A stretch of 64,000 nucleotides of DNA from Rotaria sp. (Eukaryota), in NCBI GenBank assembly GCA_905250055.1, contig CAJNOF010000027.1, positions 908,618 through 972,617 of the forward strand. Direction: 5' to 3'. The notes below the pieces were generated by a model. The model saw only the letters and a program-made list of their open reading frames with translations. It ran no database searches and had not been told where the DNA came from. This document shows positions 12,874 through 25,938 of the stretch, one piece after another; position 1 is the stretch's first letter; the number at the start of each line of letters is the position of its first letter. The position numbers and the translations under genes were made by a program.

Positions 12874-13677
12874 CTACAGAATATTATATGAAGCAAGTTC
12901 GTCTTTTGATCTTGATTGATTGACGAGTTTTTTCAAACCACTCAAAAGTCGACTATATTCATCGAGATGAAAAACATCTTTTCCAATTTTATCTCTCAAT
13001 CGATCATACTCCTGATCAATGCGTGTTGATGAATCAATAATTAATTTTCCATACATAATAAGTTGAGATCCATCGATAAAATCCAATGCATTTAATAAAT
13101 TATCGGATAAATGATTTTGCTGAAACCAATATATTTTATCTTGCTACATGTCCATTGATCAGGTAATTCGTTTGATGTTGCTTTAGTATCATTTAATGAA
13201 CAAACAGATTCAATTGATGATATTAAATTAGAAAATTGCTTTCGACTTACACCATGATGACGCATTCGGTGTTCATATTCGTCATATTGTGCATCGTCAT
13301 GTGATAATAACTTCATATATGTTAGCAAAGCTCGACCAGATGACAGCTGAAGAGTAGATGGTGGCAAATGAAGCCATTGTTGTACTTCTTCACAAGTCCA
13401 TTGTTCGATTGGAGAAGTGGGCATAATGCCTGTTGTAGTAAGATTTGACTGTACGTTTATGTCGGAAATTTCTACAACTGGATTGAAATTTACAGGTAAT
13501 GGTTTTTCAACAATTTGAATATTGATAATTCTATTTGAATCAATTTGTGATTTACGCCTCAAATGAGATTCATTTGACGAAACAAGTCTGTTATCATTTC
13601 GTATAACTTTATCTCGTACAGTAATTAATCCTAAAAGAGTTTCCATAACTTCTTCATCATTTTTTTTATCTCCAAAG
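12874..13677 (-). CDS. exon(s) of a SAM (sterile alpha motif) domain protein; two ORF segments in different frames (possible intron or frameshift near 13090-13150)
   Basis: Minus-strand ORFs 13092-13646 and 12874-13086. The SAM signature WTCEEVQQWLHLPPSTLQLSSGRALLTYMKLLSHDD is in the first. An acceptor-like caaaatag precedes GTTCGCTTTGGAG at about 13677. The downstream segment continues in the -1 frame after a TTTCAG-like site. Confidence 0.4.
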
Positions 13678-15516
13678 CGAACCTATTTTGCAGAACCAGC
13701 ACGAATTTCAAACCATATTATAGTTATCGTACAAAATGATAATAAAAACAGAGTAAGTTGCTTTCTTCATGTTAATTCATGTTGAAAACTATTAGAAAAA
13801 AACAAAAATTAGTTTTCAAGACAGCTTCGAAAAGTCTTTTAATACTTTAATTTTCACATAAAAAAAAAACCAAGTCTCTGTCTATTTCGATGTTGATAAA
13901 TTGTTGTCTGTGTTTAACCCATTTTTGATTAGATTGAACATATTTGATTGTTTATCTATCATGTGTATATACTAAATGAATATCATTATCATCACCTCCA
14001 TTCTAAAAGCTATGCAATAATCAACGATATGAACACTCTGATTGATATACTATTATTATCATCATTATCATGACTTTGAATATTTTCTTGACACAGCCAT
14101 ATTATTCCATTATCCTAAGAAAACTTGATTTTCAATGGTGATCTTGGTTCACATGCACCATTATGATTATTGAATGCGATAATTAAAGCTCCAACTTTTA
14201 ATACATATGCTTCAATGCCTACATTATTGTTTGCCAAGTATGTGAGTTTTGATGTTGTACAAATTAATCCATCACCATTATTGTTAGCATAATATATTGA
14301 TGCTGTATTTTTACTAAGAATAAATGCTTACACTGGTGAAGTATTATTCAAATAAAACATTGTTAGTTGAATAAGATCAAGGGTTCTATTTATATCGATA
14401 CGAGTTCATTTTGATGCACTTCAAGATCATCGAAGTATGAATGAATAGTCAACATCATCTAGTTTGGTATCAGAAATATGCAGAAATTGATTAGATTACA
14501 CATAATAGATTAAACAGATTTTTTGCAAAAAAGAAATAGCTTTGTAGAATATATTTGCTTCATTCTTTACTTTCTATATACCATATTTGAGAACTCGTTT
14601 CACTTTTGTTCTCGTATTTTGATCAATGATATATATGTCGTATTTGTGTTTCACTATTCGAGAAAAACATTGGATTTTGATTTGAATAATTAATACATTC
14701 ACTCGAAATGATATGTGGAATAAATGGTTATGATACGATTTCTAAAAGTAATATTGCAATAGAACAGTTTGATAAATCTTCACTACCTGTAAACCAAGCA
14801 ACATCTAAAGTATCCATTGGTATCATTTGTTCAATGAATGATGCATGTTTTCCTGTTTTTAATGGAGAGAGAGAAATGCACAAGAATTAACATCAGCTGG
14901 TTGATTAATGATGGCGTCATAGGGAGTTGTTGCACTTAAGAGTGGATAGTCCCAGCAAACATTTCTTTTTTTCTCTGATCACTATAATGATCTCTCACAT
15001 TTCTACTACTTATTGACTATAATTTGTATTTCATTAAACTCAATATGCTATTAGTTGCTCTTTATTTTTTCAGAAAACAATACACTGTTAACGTTATTTT
15101 CTTGTTAATCTGTTAAAGGAACAATAAACTTCTCCATGTTATAAAAAAAACCTTAAGAGAAGTCTATATATAAAGAGTAAGAGTATGGGTAAGATTATTC
15201 TTTATCTCTATTTTTTTTATGGCACTACTTTCATCGAGGGTAGATTCGAAGAAGAGAAAGAAGCATGAATAAAGATAAAACAGCTGCAGCAATTTCTCAT
15301 ATAACTATTCAACATACTTTTTTAACTGATTATTTCTGAAGATTTATAATCCTAGCTAAATTGATGATAGACGTCTCAGTATATTTAGATCGTTTTTTTT
15401 TCTTCACTTTTTCATCATATATTCTACAGAATATAAGTTCATTCTGAAGATAATAAGAAATACGAAACAAAAAAAAGCAAATAATATTCGTATAGAATTA
15501 TCTTACAGTGCATACT

Positions 15517-15564
15517 ATGAATAATAAAATGACAGAGGAACAAAAACAAGTGGACGCTGTAAAG
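15517..15564 (+). CDS. RidA/YjgF (reactive intermediate deaminase, L-PSP endoribonuclease family)-like protein, exon 1
   Basis: ATG AAT AAT AAA ATG ACA GAG GAA ... GTA AAG followed by GTAAGA donor; MNNKMTEEQKQVDAVK. Confidence 0.55.
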
Positions 15565-15668
15565 GTAAGAACAATTGCATTATAAATTCACATTGATCAC
15601 TAGTCAGAATAAATATTTGATAAATCAATTATTGATAACGTACCAAAATAACATTTATCTTATTTCAG

Positions 15669-15869
15669 ACTATTCATTTTGAAACCGATGAAACTAAATC
15701 CAACCAATCGAGCGCTGGAACTATTGTTGAAACGCTTCCAGGTCGTCTTGAATTACGTACAAATAATCCATGGGAGGAAGTATGTGGTCACACACGTGCT
15801 GTTCGACGTGGACCGTTTGTCATCATAGCTGGTACAACAGCAAGTGATATCACAAAAGGAGTTCTTTAT
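15669..15869 (+). CDS. RidA/YjgF-like protein, exon 2
   Basis: Acceptor tatttcag; TIHFETDETKSNQSSAGTIVETLPGRLELRTNNPWEEVCGHTRAVRRGPFVIIAGTTASDITKGVLY; donor GTAAGT at 15870. Confidence 0.6.
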
Positions 15870-15919
15870 GTAAGTTGAATTTCAATGATTAATAAAAATA
15901 ATGAAATGATACGCTTTAG

Positions 15920-16026
15920 CCTAAAAGTACATATCACCAAGCTGTAATCATCTTTGAACGTATTACTGCTGCATTGTTAACCATGGGAGCTCAAGTGTCA
16001 GATGTTGTTCGTGTACGAATGTTTAT
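15920..16026 (+). CDS. RidA/YjgF-like protein, exon 3 (ends in phase 2)
   Basis: Acceptor ctttag; PKSTYHQAVIIFERITAALLTMGAQVSDVVRVRMF + AT; GT donor at 16027 chosen so the frame joins exon 4. Confidence 0.55.
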
Positions 16027-16082
16027 GTTTGTAGTTAACACATGTATTTTCAATCATCGAATATTTTCTTTTATTTCTATAG

Positions 16083-16239
16083 TATCGATATAGCTGATCA
16101 AGATGAAGTTTGTCGAGCATTCAAAGAAGCTTTCCATTCTTATGGCATTCGAGTACCTGCAACACTTGTTCAAGTCAATGCTTTTGTTCATCCTGATATG
16201 CGCGTTGAGATTGAAGCTGATGCTATAGTTATGTAACAC
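16083..16239 (+). CDS. RidA/YjgF-like protein, exon 4 with stop TAA
   Basis: Acceptor ttctatag. (I)IDIADQDEVCRAFKEAFHSYGIRVPATLVQVNAFVHPDMRVEIEADAIVM* matches the family C-terminal pattern ...PAR..V.V..LP....VEIE..A. Confidence 0.6.
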
Positions 16240-18189
16240 TCTTTTTGTCTGCTATTATTTTCCTTATTTTAATAAATCCAACCGACACATTAGAAGAAGA
16301 AGAAGAAATACCCTAGTCTTTCAGCTACCTCGTAGTATGAAGTGCTTCCTAGTAGCAGATTCAATAATCCGATAGTATTCCTACAGCTATGACTAGCTGT
16401 AGCTCTGAACAAAAAGTCAGCTTGACACTAAGTTCTTTCGTTTACTTGCTTGAGCCATCCATACATATGGGTAGAACACATTCTAGTCACAACATAGTCA
16501 GTATGTTATCTGACCGGTCATCCAAGACAAAGAACCGTGAATGACTTGTCCAAGGTCGTTTCATGGCTGTTAATACTGTAGTTTGAACACAGTATCTTGC
16601 AGATACGTGTCGAACAACGTAGCTACTTAGCCATGGCGACTAACAAACAAATATTCATTATGTTTAATATCTATTTGATTATTCATTATGTAAAACAGTG
16701 TTTTAAACAATGCTCGTATGTCTATGAAAGTTATTACCATTCAATTGGGTGTATGTGTAATTATTTTTTTGATTGCTCTTATAAGAGTCATAAGAAAATG
16801 CATCAGTATTGACTAATGTCGAAAGAGAAAATAGTGAATCGTTTTGTTTTTAAATACTTTCAATTATTTTCTTTTCCAGAATCAACACATGCATAATGCA
16901 GAATGGTTTTGAATTATTTGGTTATAACTGAGTATAATCTAATAGTAAAATTAAGAAGAAATGCGTTTACTATGCGCTTGCAAGTTTATATTTTATTATC
17001 GAAATTGAGTGATAATATAAGTGATACATATGCATAAAATACATCTGTATGTGCACTCAATTCATGTTGTGAATGTCCTTTTGGTATCCCTTGTTATGTG
17101 TTTCTTTTTCTTTTTCTTTTTCTTGTATTTCCTTTTGTACTAAAGTGCTGAAAAACTACGATGCAAAGTCCTGATGAATGCTTATATTTAAATCAATAAC
17201 ATGAAACATGTCGCCAAATAGAACCTTGTACTTTATTTATTCTAAACAAGCACACTAATTAGTTTATTATTGTATTATTATTTAGCTTCGACAAAAGATA
17301 GCTTAATGAACAGCAAGTGTTAAGACTAGAAAATTGAGCTTGTTTTTTTTATCAAATAGATCAATTTGTTTTTTCGATTGATTGAACTGCATAATTATAT
17401 CAGCCGTTCAATTATGTGACTATTACTTGTAGACTTTGATCCATTTATGTATCATCATATTTAGAATTGACGCCAACAATGAATCATTATTATAACGAAG
17501 TAACATTGGAACTAGAATCATCACAAAGATATCTGAATCAACGTGATGGCGTTTATGGAGGCAACCAATCGAAATACTATAACAAATATTAGAATAAAAA
17601 TTCAAATCAACTTATTACAACAATATTATTGGAATTTGGCTGTGACATATCAATGAAAAAAAATGGCAGTAGATAATTCACATTTGCAATGATCTGTAAA
17701 CCTAGTATAGAAATCTTAAAAATTATCTTTTTCTTTTTGAAAAAGCCTAGTTTATCTACTATTAAGACTGAATTCCGAGTGTTTTCAAAGGCAGTCTCAT
17801 GCAACTTTCGAATAAAGGCAAAACACTAATTATGCGAATTGATGGTTGGAAAGAAGATAAAACTTTGTTTTTGAATCATATTTTTTCATCATGCAGAATA
17901 CTTCAAAGTACGTTAAAAGTTATTAAACTCATCTCTTAAAAACTTTTGTATTCTTTTCGAATATAAATAGATATGACAGAGAAAGCAAAACATGTCGGAT
18001 TATTATTATGGAAAAAAACATTCAAATATAGTGAGGTTAACGTTAAGAACTATTATTCTTGGCATATAGAAATAGAAATAGTTTTTCTGTTCGCACAATC
18101 GTATGAGAGTATATAAATGCGAATGCTTATAATCATAGCTATCTAAGCACTAGAAATAGTATCAAAAATCAATAGTAGTAAACGATCAG

Positions 18190-18996
18190 TTAGGTTTTAG
18201 AAGATGGTAAAAATGTTTCTTCGTCATTCTCGCGATGGTCGTCCATGTTATTAGAATGAGATGGTATTTTCCGCCAATAAAGGAGAGACCATGTAAGAAG
18301 AGCAATAAAGATTGGTATTAAATGACCTGCATAGAACCAAAATTCGTTTGCATTGAGTGGAGAGAAAAGGAAGGGTATTGAGCCAGCGAGTACATATATA
18401 GCGTCCGTTAGAAGACAAATACTCGTAATAATCAACAGCTGCTTAATGTAACGACGGCGAACATTTAATATATTGAAATACCACAGAACAAAGAAGAATA
18501 TAATGTATAAAATAATAATTCCGACTGAGATTTGGCGCAAGCGGAAACTGAGCAGAAGACGTTCAGGATTAAATGAGAAATTTTTTGCAACACCGAGCAA
18601 CGTACCAGCTCCTATCAAACCGATAGGTACCATGACCGCTGCAACTCGATCAATTATCCGACTTTTCATTTGACCCCGCATTTCAACTAAGCATTGAAAA
18701 TTAGACGCCAATAAGACTTGGGAGCTTATAGTTATGAGTGATGCCGTAAACCTGTACAATTGTGGTGTGTTTCGCTTCTCAATAGTCAGCGTGGCACGTA
18801 GAATGAGTTCAGTAAAAGTGAGAAAATGCGACAAAAATATTAAAATAGCCACAAGCCTTGGTCGACAACCAAACACTAATGATTGAACAAACCAAGCAAT
18901 CAACGACAGATATACAAGTCCGGCAAAAACTGCAGCAGCATAAATTGAAGGAGTATATGAGAAGTATGGATAAATACCACCAGTGCGATTCATCAT
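18190..18996 (-). CDS. intronless 7-transmembrane membrane protein of unknown family
   Basis: 268-aa ORF with seven hydrophobic helices (…IYAAAVFAGLVYLSLIAWFVQSLVF…, LVAILIFLSHFLTF…, VAAVMVPIGLIGAGTLLGV, ISVGIIILYIIFFFVLWYF, LLIITSICLLTDAIYVLAG, FWFYAGHLIPIFIALLTWSLLYW) and a hydrophilic C-tail. Confidence 0.5.
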   Translation of the reverse strand: MMNRTGGIYPYFSYTPSIYAAAVFAGLVYLSLIAWFVQSLVFGCRPRLVAILIFLSHFLTFTELILRATLTIEKRNTPQLYRFTASLITISSQVLLASNFQCLVEMRGQMKSRIIDRVAAVMVPIGLIGAGTLLGVAKNFSFNPERLLLSFRLRQISVGIIILYIIFFFVLWYFNILNVRRRYIKQLLIITSICLLTDAIYVLAGSIPFLFSPLNANEFWFYAGHLIPIFIALLTWSLLYWRKIPSHSNNMDDHRENDEETFLPSSKT

Positions 18997-21769
18997 AAAA
19001 TTGTATTGATGCGAAGCAAAGATTTATTTCGATGTTCAGATTTTACAACTTATTTTTGTAATTAGCTTTCACGAGTACGAGTGCTACGCTATCGTTCTTT
19101 ATAATAATAATTTGATCGTAACATCAGTGTTTCTTTATAGAAGTACAAACATTTAGTTCTGTTCGGGTATTTTTCTTTTGCGTTCTTTCACATTTTACGT
19201 GACGTACACTGCAATAATAGGCACAGAAAAAAATTCTGATTGCGCCAATGCTTTAAGAGTGGTAACGGAGGTGGCAAAATATTTTTTCTTCCTCTTACAC
19301 TATCTCTTACGTTGCACATTACATGATTGTTACAAACTACTATTGTGATAGTCTACGTTGACTAACTTGTTTCCTGGTTTTTATTTTTTCTTCAAACAAA
19401 ACAAAAATAGCAAACAATAATCACAAATATCTACTTGCGTCGTGCGAAACACCAAAGAAAAAGCACAACACTAAAGAAAAACGAAAAGAAAAGAAAGGTA
19501 GTGCTTGAAGAATAGTGCAACTATCTAATATGTTAATACAAGGACAAATGACCGTACTTACATGGAGGACGATGGAAATAATTTTTCTAAACTAAACAAT
19601 AGGATTGATATATTTTACGACAGATTTATTATTTAGATTGAGTCGAGTCTAAATAAAATCTCTGATAGAAGTACAGTATAAGTGCATGCAATGAGTATTT
19701 AAGTAGCGAGTCTTTGCAAAGCTAAATACATTTTGGAGTGCTCTGCTAAAAGTGGTCCCAGTAGATAAATGCTATAAATCCAATATTTTCACTAATTTTA
19801 GTAGACGATTTATTTATGCCTTGAATGACAGAGATGAAAAATTTTTTTTACTCTATTTGATGTTTCTTTGAGTATTTTTTGTTAATTATTTACTTCGGCC
19901 GAAAAATGAATCTACTCCTTTTTCATGAACATTATGTTACAACGAATAAGTGTTTGGTAATAGCTAGCAAATGGTGTACATCATTTGTTCATTAATAAGC
20001 TTGCCTTTCATTTTCAAAACAATAGACCATTGATGAACGGCATAGTAACTTTATATATTTACATGTGCTCAAATATGTGGAACCATGTTTGAAATTGGTT
20101 GTCCCAAACAATATTAATTGTAAAAGAATGATAATTTCATTATTTTTCTGCCGTATTTGCATGTATGCTTCTTAAGAATGCAAATATACGAACCGTCAGT
20201 ATGCTTCAGCATTATAAAACAATTCAAATCGAGCACGATGATGAAAAAATTAGCATAAAAACTATTGCATTTATTTATAGATACACATGCAAACGTGTAT
20301 TATAACACAATTGAAAATAATTTATGAGAAAAAAAGTTACCATCAGAAATCGAAATATAGTTTGAAGAAAATTGCTGATTCAAAATTGATGAAAGGATAA
20401 TCATGTTTTCCAAAAAAATTTATGTAGCCATGGCTTACTCCTATTATTTTCAGATGTCGTGCCGACCTCATATCAATCAAGAAGAGTTAAACTCAAGAAA
20501 GCTAGAATAACTCTCTACTTTTTTCCAAAAATACGTTATTTAAAATAAAAAAAAAAGATTTCGTAGCAATGTTTATGATCAACAGCCAAAGTCGTGCACA
20601 GTATTTTTCTATGGAAGTCATGTCATTAGGATGAGAAACAAGCTCCATTTGCGACAGTTTCATTTCTTCTACATCTCTAAAAGAAAAGCATTTGATCGAG
20701 GAAACCAGAGATCCTCTTACCCTATCTTCTAGATACAACTCTTTCGACCGAAATCATTGTAGATTAATCGTGACAGAGCAACGTTGAAAATAGAGTGAGA
20801 CAACGTTTCAATATCTTTGCTGTGTGCACATTGTTGCTATTCTGAGTTTTGAAGTGCTACACAGCACAGTCTGAATAGTGTGTTATCTATCAATCATCTT
20901 TGTGGGTATATTTGTACGGTAGATAGAAAAATTGAAGAAATTATTGAGATCAAAATAAAAACTACGAAAGTTATCGTAGTGCAATAAATCAAACATGTGG
21001 TTCGGTAGCACGAAATGAAATGTTGGATCTTGTCGAGCTATTTAGAAAAATTTTCTAATCACTGACAAAATGCGGAGAAATTTTCTTTGTATAGATTTAT
21101 CGATAGATTCGAATATTTCGGTAGTTTTTCTTTTTTTTTAATTCGTACATCCTTACTCTTTCTTTCTTCTTCTCCCATTGTTGTTGTCATGCTTATTGTT
21201 ACTACTCTAGTTCTCGAACATCGACGTGCATCTTTTGACATTATCTCGCATGTCATATTTGAGCATGTCAACTATTTTTAATAATTTGTTTATAATTGTA
21301 AACATATCCATAAAACTCGACTATCGATCTGTCTTGTGATAAAAATAAACAATAAATGAAGGCTAGTATTTATTTGAGCAATAAAAATATTGGAATCAGC
21401 AATAATTAAAATACGATTTCGCTATAACTTTTAAGGAATACAAAAAACTTTATCTGAGCAATTTTATATTATTAAACGTACAATAATTAATTCTTTCAAT
21501 AGCAGTAGTAATTTCATATTTTGGCAATAAAAAAAAGAAAAACTACATTATTTTTAGTCACAATTGAAAATAAAAAAAATGAAAAATGAAAAAATAGTAT
21601 ATTATTGTGTCAATAAAGCTTTATTTGCTTTAAATGGTCTGTCTCTTTTTCTATTTGTATTAATTTTCACATTTTTTTGCCTCTGGTGAAGGTTTGCAAT
21701 ATTTCAACCGAATGGATATACCAATGATGTGCTTGCAAACATAATTTTCAAGAAATGATGGGCAAGTGC

Positions 21770-21850
21770 AAGTTGCTTTGGGTGTGGGTGTTAGTCTTCT
21801 CTTCATTCACATACATATCCCACGTCCACACTCGACACCCACACCCATAT
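21770..21850. repeat. GT-rich/CA-rich hairpin module (gggtgtgggtg ... cacccacaccc)
   Basis: gggtgtgggtgttagtc...cgacacccacaccca; same style as 2620-2795 and 23760-23950. Confidence 0.4.
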
Positions 21851-23559
21851 ATTTTATAATTTAAGTAAATTCTTACACATTTAGTATAATTATTGCTCAT
21901 TCAGTATAACTATTGCTAAATTGAATTATTGCTCAATTAAATATAAGCCATAAACAAACACATGCAATTCTTGTGGATACCAAGGAGTAGAGCAAATATC
22001 TATTCATTCGAACAATGGTTTTTATTTGTTTTCTCTCATGCCAACGCTTTAAACCAAGTTTCTTATTCTAATGTTCAAAATGGATGAAAAGAGAAAAGCA
22101 TAGAGTTTACTGCGTTGCTCCTCTGTTTATCCTCTTTAGCTGTAGATAGCGATTGCGAACACACTACATGCTTGTGTACTTAATGTGCATGCTTGCAATT
22201 TTTTAGATTTCAGTTTGTATACTGATCATTATACAGTATTTGGAAAAAACGTCGCTTTCTTAATGAATCATACAGTGATATAAATTGACAAAGACATCAA
22301 GGCTTCAACGAACACGATCTATTTCATTCACGCAGACGACTATTTTGATTATTGCTGAGGAAGTTTCATACTCTCATGCAACAACTGTCCTAACGTCTCT
22401 GAAATATCTTTCAAAATAGGCTTTCAGTAAATAAATAATCTGTTTTTGTCCCTTACCTGTTTGATTGTCTGAAAAATCGATGCCACCGGTTTTCTGTTGT
22501 ATAGCAAAGTAAAACTAGAATATTGATAATGAAAATAAAGGAGCTGTGCCAGATGTTTTGTATTGAATAAGATATTAATTTTTTTAGTTGTAGAACATGA
22601 GAACACGAGTTTTAGAGACATAACTGTTTTCTACAAGCAAATGAAGGAATCAGAGCCTGAAATATCCTCTCTTCATTCGCTAAGTATTATTTGTTTAACG
22701 TTTTTTTATTAAAGATGATGTGAAGATATATAATCACTGGATCAGAGAGCTTAACCTTTTTCAGTCACAGCAAAAAACATCTCAATATCTTATAGAAGAG
22801 TCATTTTCAAGAGATATTGATCCTTCTATTATATTATTATTTATCTCTTCTATATTTGCATAAATAATTACCAAATTGGAGTTAAATACTCAATCAAAGA
22901 TTCTCTATAACATGAAAGAAGAGTCAATTTAATCAATTGATTTCATCACAAAGTAGTACTTCCTTTTATAAAATTTACTCTGTAGAACACTCATTTTTCA
23001 TTAGAATTTAGACATGATTCAGCCTATAATTTTTCAATAGCTCTGATTTAAAAGATGAAATTTGTACCACAAATGTATTTTCATATAGTGCTTCAAATAA
23101 TTTTCACAAAAGTCTAAAATAATGATCATTTATATCATTTTGGTTTAAATTTTCGAGAGAGCGGACCCATAAGGCAATCAAGAATTCTTATGAAACGGTT
23201 AAAGGAGTTCGTGCGTACACATATTGAACACTGTTAAAATGGGTGGAATTTGTTGAAAAAAAGGACTCTAAGATGAATTAACTTCATTTAGTTCTACGTG
23301 GAATTCAGGCACACTGAATCAGCAGTAGGGTCATAGCGAATCACCTTAGACTACAGTTGCACTCTGATCTCAGATATCCTATTTCATTTGTCACTGTCAA
23401 TCCAAAAGTACATGAATATCACGAGATAATTAATTTGAAATTCACTTCATGTTCATGGTCTAAGGAATGAGAAATATCCAGATGCCACGAATTTCGAACA
23501 CTTGAAGATTTCAGTATCCAAGCTTTAATAAAAAATAAGCACTCCTCAACTATAGCTAA

Positions 23560-24130
23560 ATATAACTCACAGAACTCGAGGAATCCATGGGACTAAAGAA
23601 ACCTAAGGAAACAAAGACGTCCTATGACCTCGAGAGACTTAAGAACTGAAGAACGTCACTGAGCAAACCAAATTCATGGAATACAAAGAACTCGAAGAAC
23701 CTAAGGAACTACAAGGATCCTCAAAACTCGAAAAGTCCAAAGAATGACGTGAAGGTATGGATGCGTGCTGTGGATATGCCGATCTGAGTCTTCACTTCAC
23801 CATCAGACACTTCCAGAGCAACGACAATAATTATGCCTACAATTACATACCCACACCCTCACACACATAGCCATCGGCAAATCTCATACCCCACAGTCAC
23901 ACTCTCGTTGACAACTGCACACCGACATTCGCATACACACACACATCTATCGTGATTTTCTTGACTTCGTGTATTCAATCAATTCCTTGGATTCCTTTGG
24001 ATTTGGGGTTCCGTTTATACGGTGAGGAACTTGAATTTCTTTGATTCTGAAAATGTCGTAACATGATTCAGTTCTCGTTAGTTCTAGTAGATAAGTTCTT
24101 GTTTTTGATTGATGTACGAGTTCCAAAATC
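23560..24130. repeat. composite inverted structure: tandem about 22-bp repeats (23570-23760, + orientation), CA-rich core (23760-23950), same repeats inverted (23950-24130)
   Basis: Units like gaactcgaagaacctaaggaa / caaggatcctcaaaactcg on the left; their reverse complements (ttccttggattcctttggatttgg..., gttctcgttagttc) on the right; core cccacaccctcacacacatag...cacacacacacatc. Confidence 0.45.
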
Positions 24131-24218
24131 GTCAAGAAATCGCAAGATCCGAAAATATCTTGCTGAAAACTAATAGAATGTGCATAAAATGAATAAAATA
24201 TGATATATATATATATAT

Positions 24219-24236
24219 ATCACTACAAAAATGTCA
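24219..24236. repeat. (AT)n microsatellite
   Basis: atatatatatatatatat. Confidence 0.9.
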
Positions 24237-25938
24237 GTAATATTGTTCTCCAGAGAAAAACATGGAAGTAAAGCAGGCGTGTTGGTTTCGAAGCATTTCA
24301 CTTGAATGAGAAAGTATTGGGCGATGGTGTTTATTAATCATTTTCTTAATTAAGAAACGATATTTTGAGTTGTATTTATTAAAACTTAGTTGGAAAATTC
24401 ATGCAAATGATGTTGTAACGATGTTTATAGAAGACATAGACATAGTTATTTCATTTTTTGATACTTACCTTTTTGCAACCATATGATAGGCAACCGAATA
24501 CTTCCTAATATGCATGCACCCTACGGCAGGTCATCAAAGAAGTCGCGAACATCAGATCATTTCTTTCGATCATATCCACGACAGAGAATCGATCGACAAT
24601 CGCTTTACATAAACCCATCCCCTGCCGAGAGCAAGAAACCTAAAAAGACACCATGTATGAAAGTTTTGTGGAGTCTCATCCAATGCATAATATCCTGCTG
24701 TGCGCAAGGCGGTAGTGCTTATAGAACACCAATGACTTTTATTTGCATAGTGGCTATCCCTTTTGTTGTTTTTACAGACTCTGTTGGACTTAAAGATGGC
24801 TAGAGACGTCTAGATACAAACGCTGTCTTACTAACCACTCTAATGGTAAAACATGCAACAACCATCACTATCAGATCGGACAACATCATGGACTTGCCAT
24901 TGTGCATGTTAGGACAACGACTAGTTTGCTCTTTGTTTCAGCTAGGCTGATTTGCTGACGTCTTCATTCCTGGTTTCTTTCAACATTACATGCTATATAC
25001 ACATGCTAGATGTAGTGTAATGGAGTAATCATGATTAACAGGGTGGTATATTATAGCGAGTTTTTAACGATCCATTTCCAAGTTTTTTGTTTAATTACAC
25101 TGTAAAATATAGATATTTTTAAATGAAAGTAAAATTTGTTTGTTGAAACACAACATGAATAAACTTCGAATATTTGATTGATATGAAATTTCGCATCGAA
25201 GAAAAATAATTTTTAAGTGTAAATGCAGAAGTCCAAATCATTTCTCAAGAATGATGAATAGATCTCGACAAGTAAATCAAAAGTCATACGAAATTCCGAC
25301 TTTCGAAATTCTTTTAAGTCAGAAAAATGAAAATGATTTGTAGTATTTCATCTCCTGAAAACTCTCTATTAAACTGTTTTTCAATAATAAATAAAATCAT
25401 ATTGGAATCACAGGCTTTTACTCTGACAAAAAAATCGTTTCTGATTACTATCCAAAGTAGAAATACTAAGGTTATTGAAAAAAATATAGCTTTTTTACCA
25501 ACGAAAAGTATTCATACCTGACAAAATGGTATCTTTTTTTCACTGAACTAAAGATACATTTTTGTGAAACACTCAAAAAATTCTAAAATTTTATCTAATT
25601 TTATTTTTACATACATAATAATTACTACGCTGATGAATGAGTATGCGTAAGAAAAATCAATCGAAGTTCAATAATAATCTGTGGTCAATCAAAACTCTTG
25701 AAATCTTTTCATGCATATATAGGACATTGTCTTGAGGAATCTGAAAAAAAATCAGTGAAATTCTATATATCCATTTTATCAATGCACAAAACAACTTAAA
25801 AATATTCATTGATTTTCTTTTACTAGAAGAGAAAGAAAGCATAAAAAGTACTACAGGACAAAATTATTCTTCAAATTTTATTGAAAGAGAGCCTTGTTTA
25901 ATTGAAGATAGTATAATCATTGTGTTATTGAATGTTTA

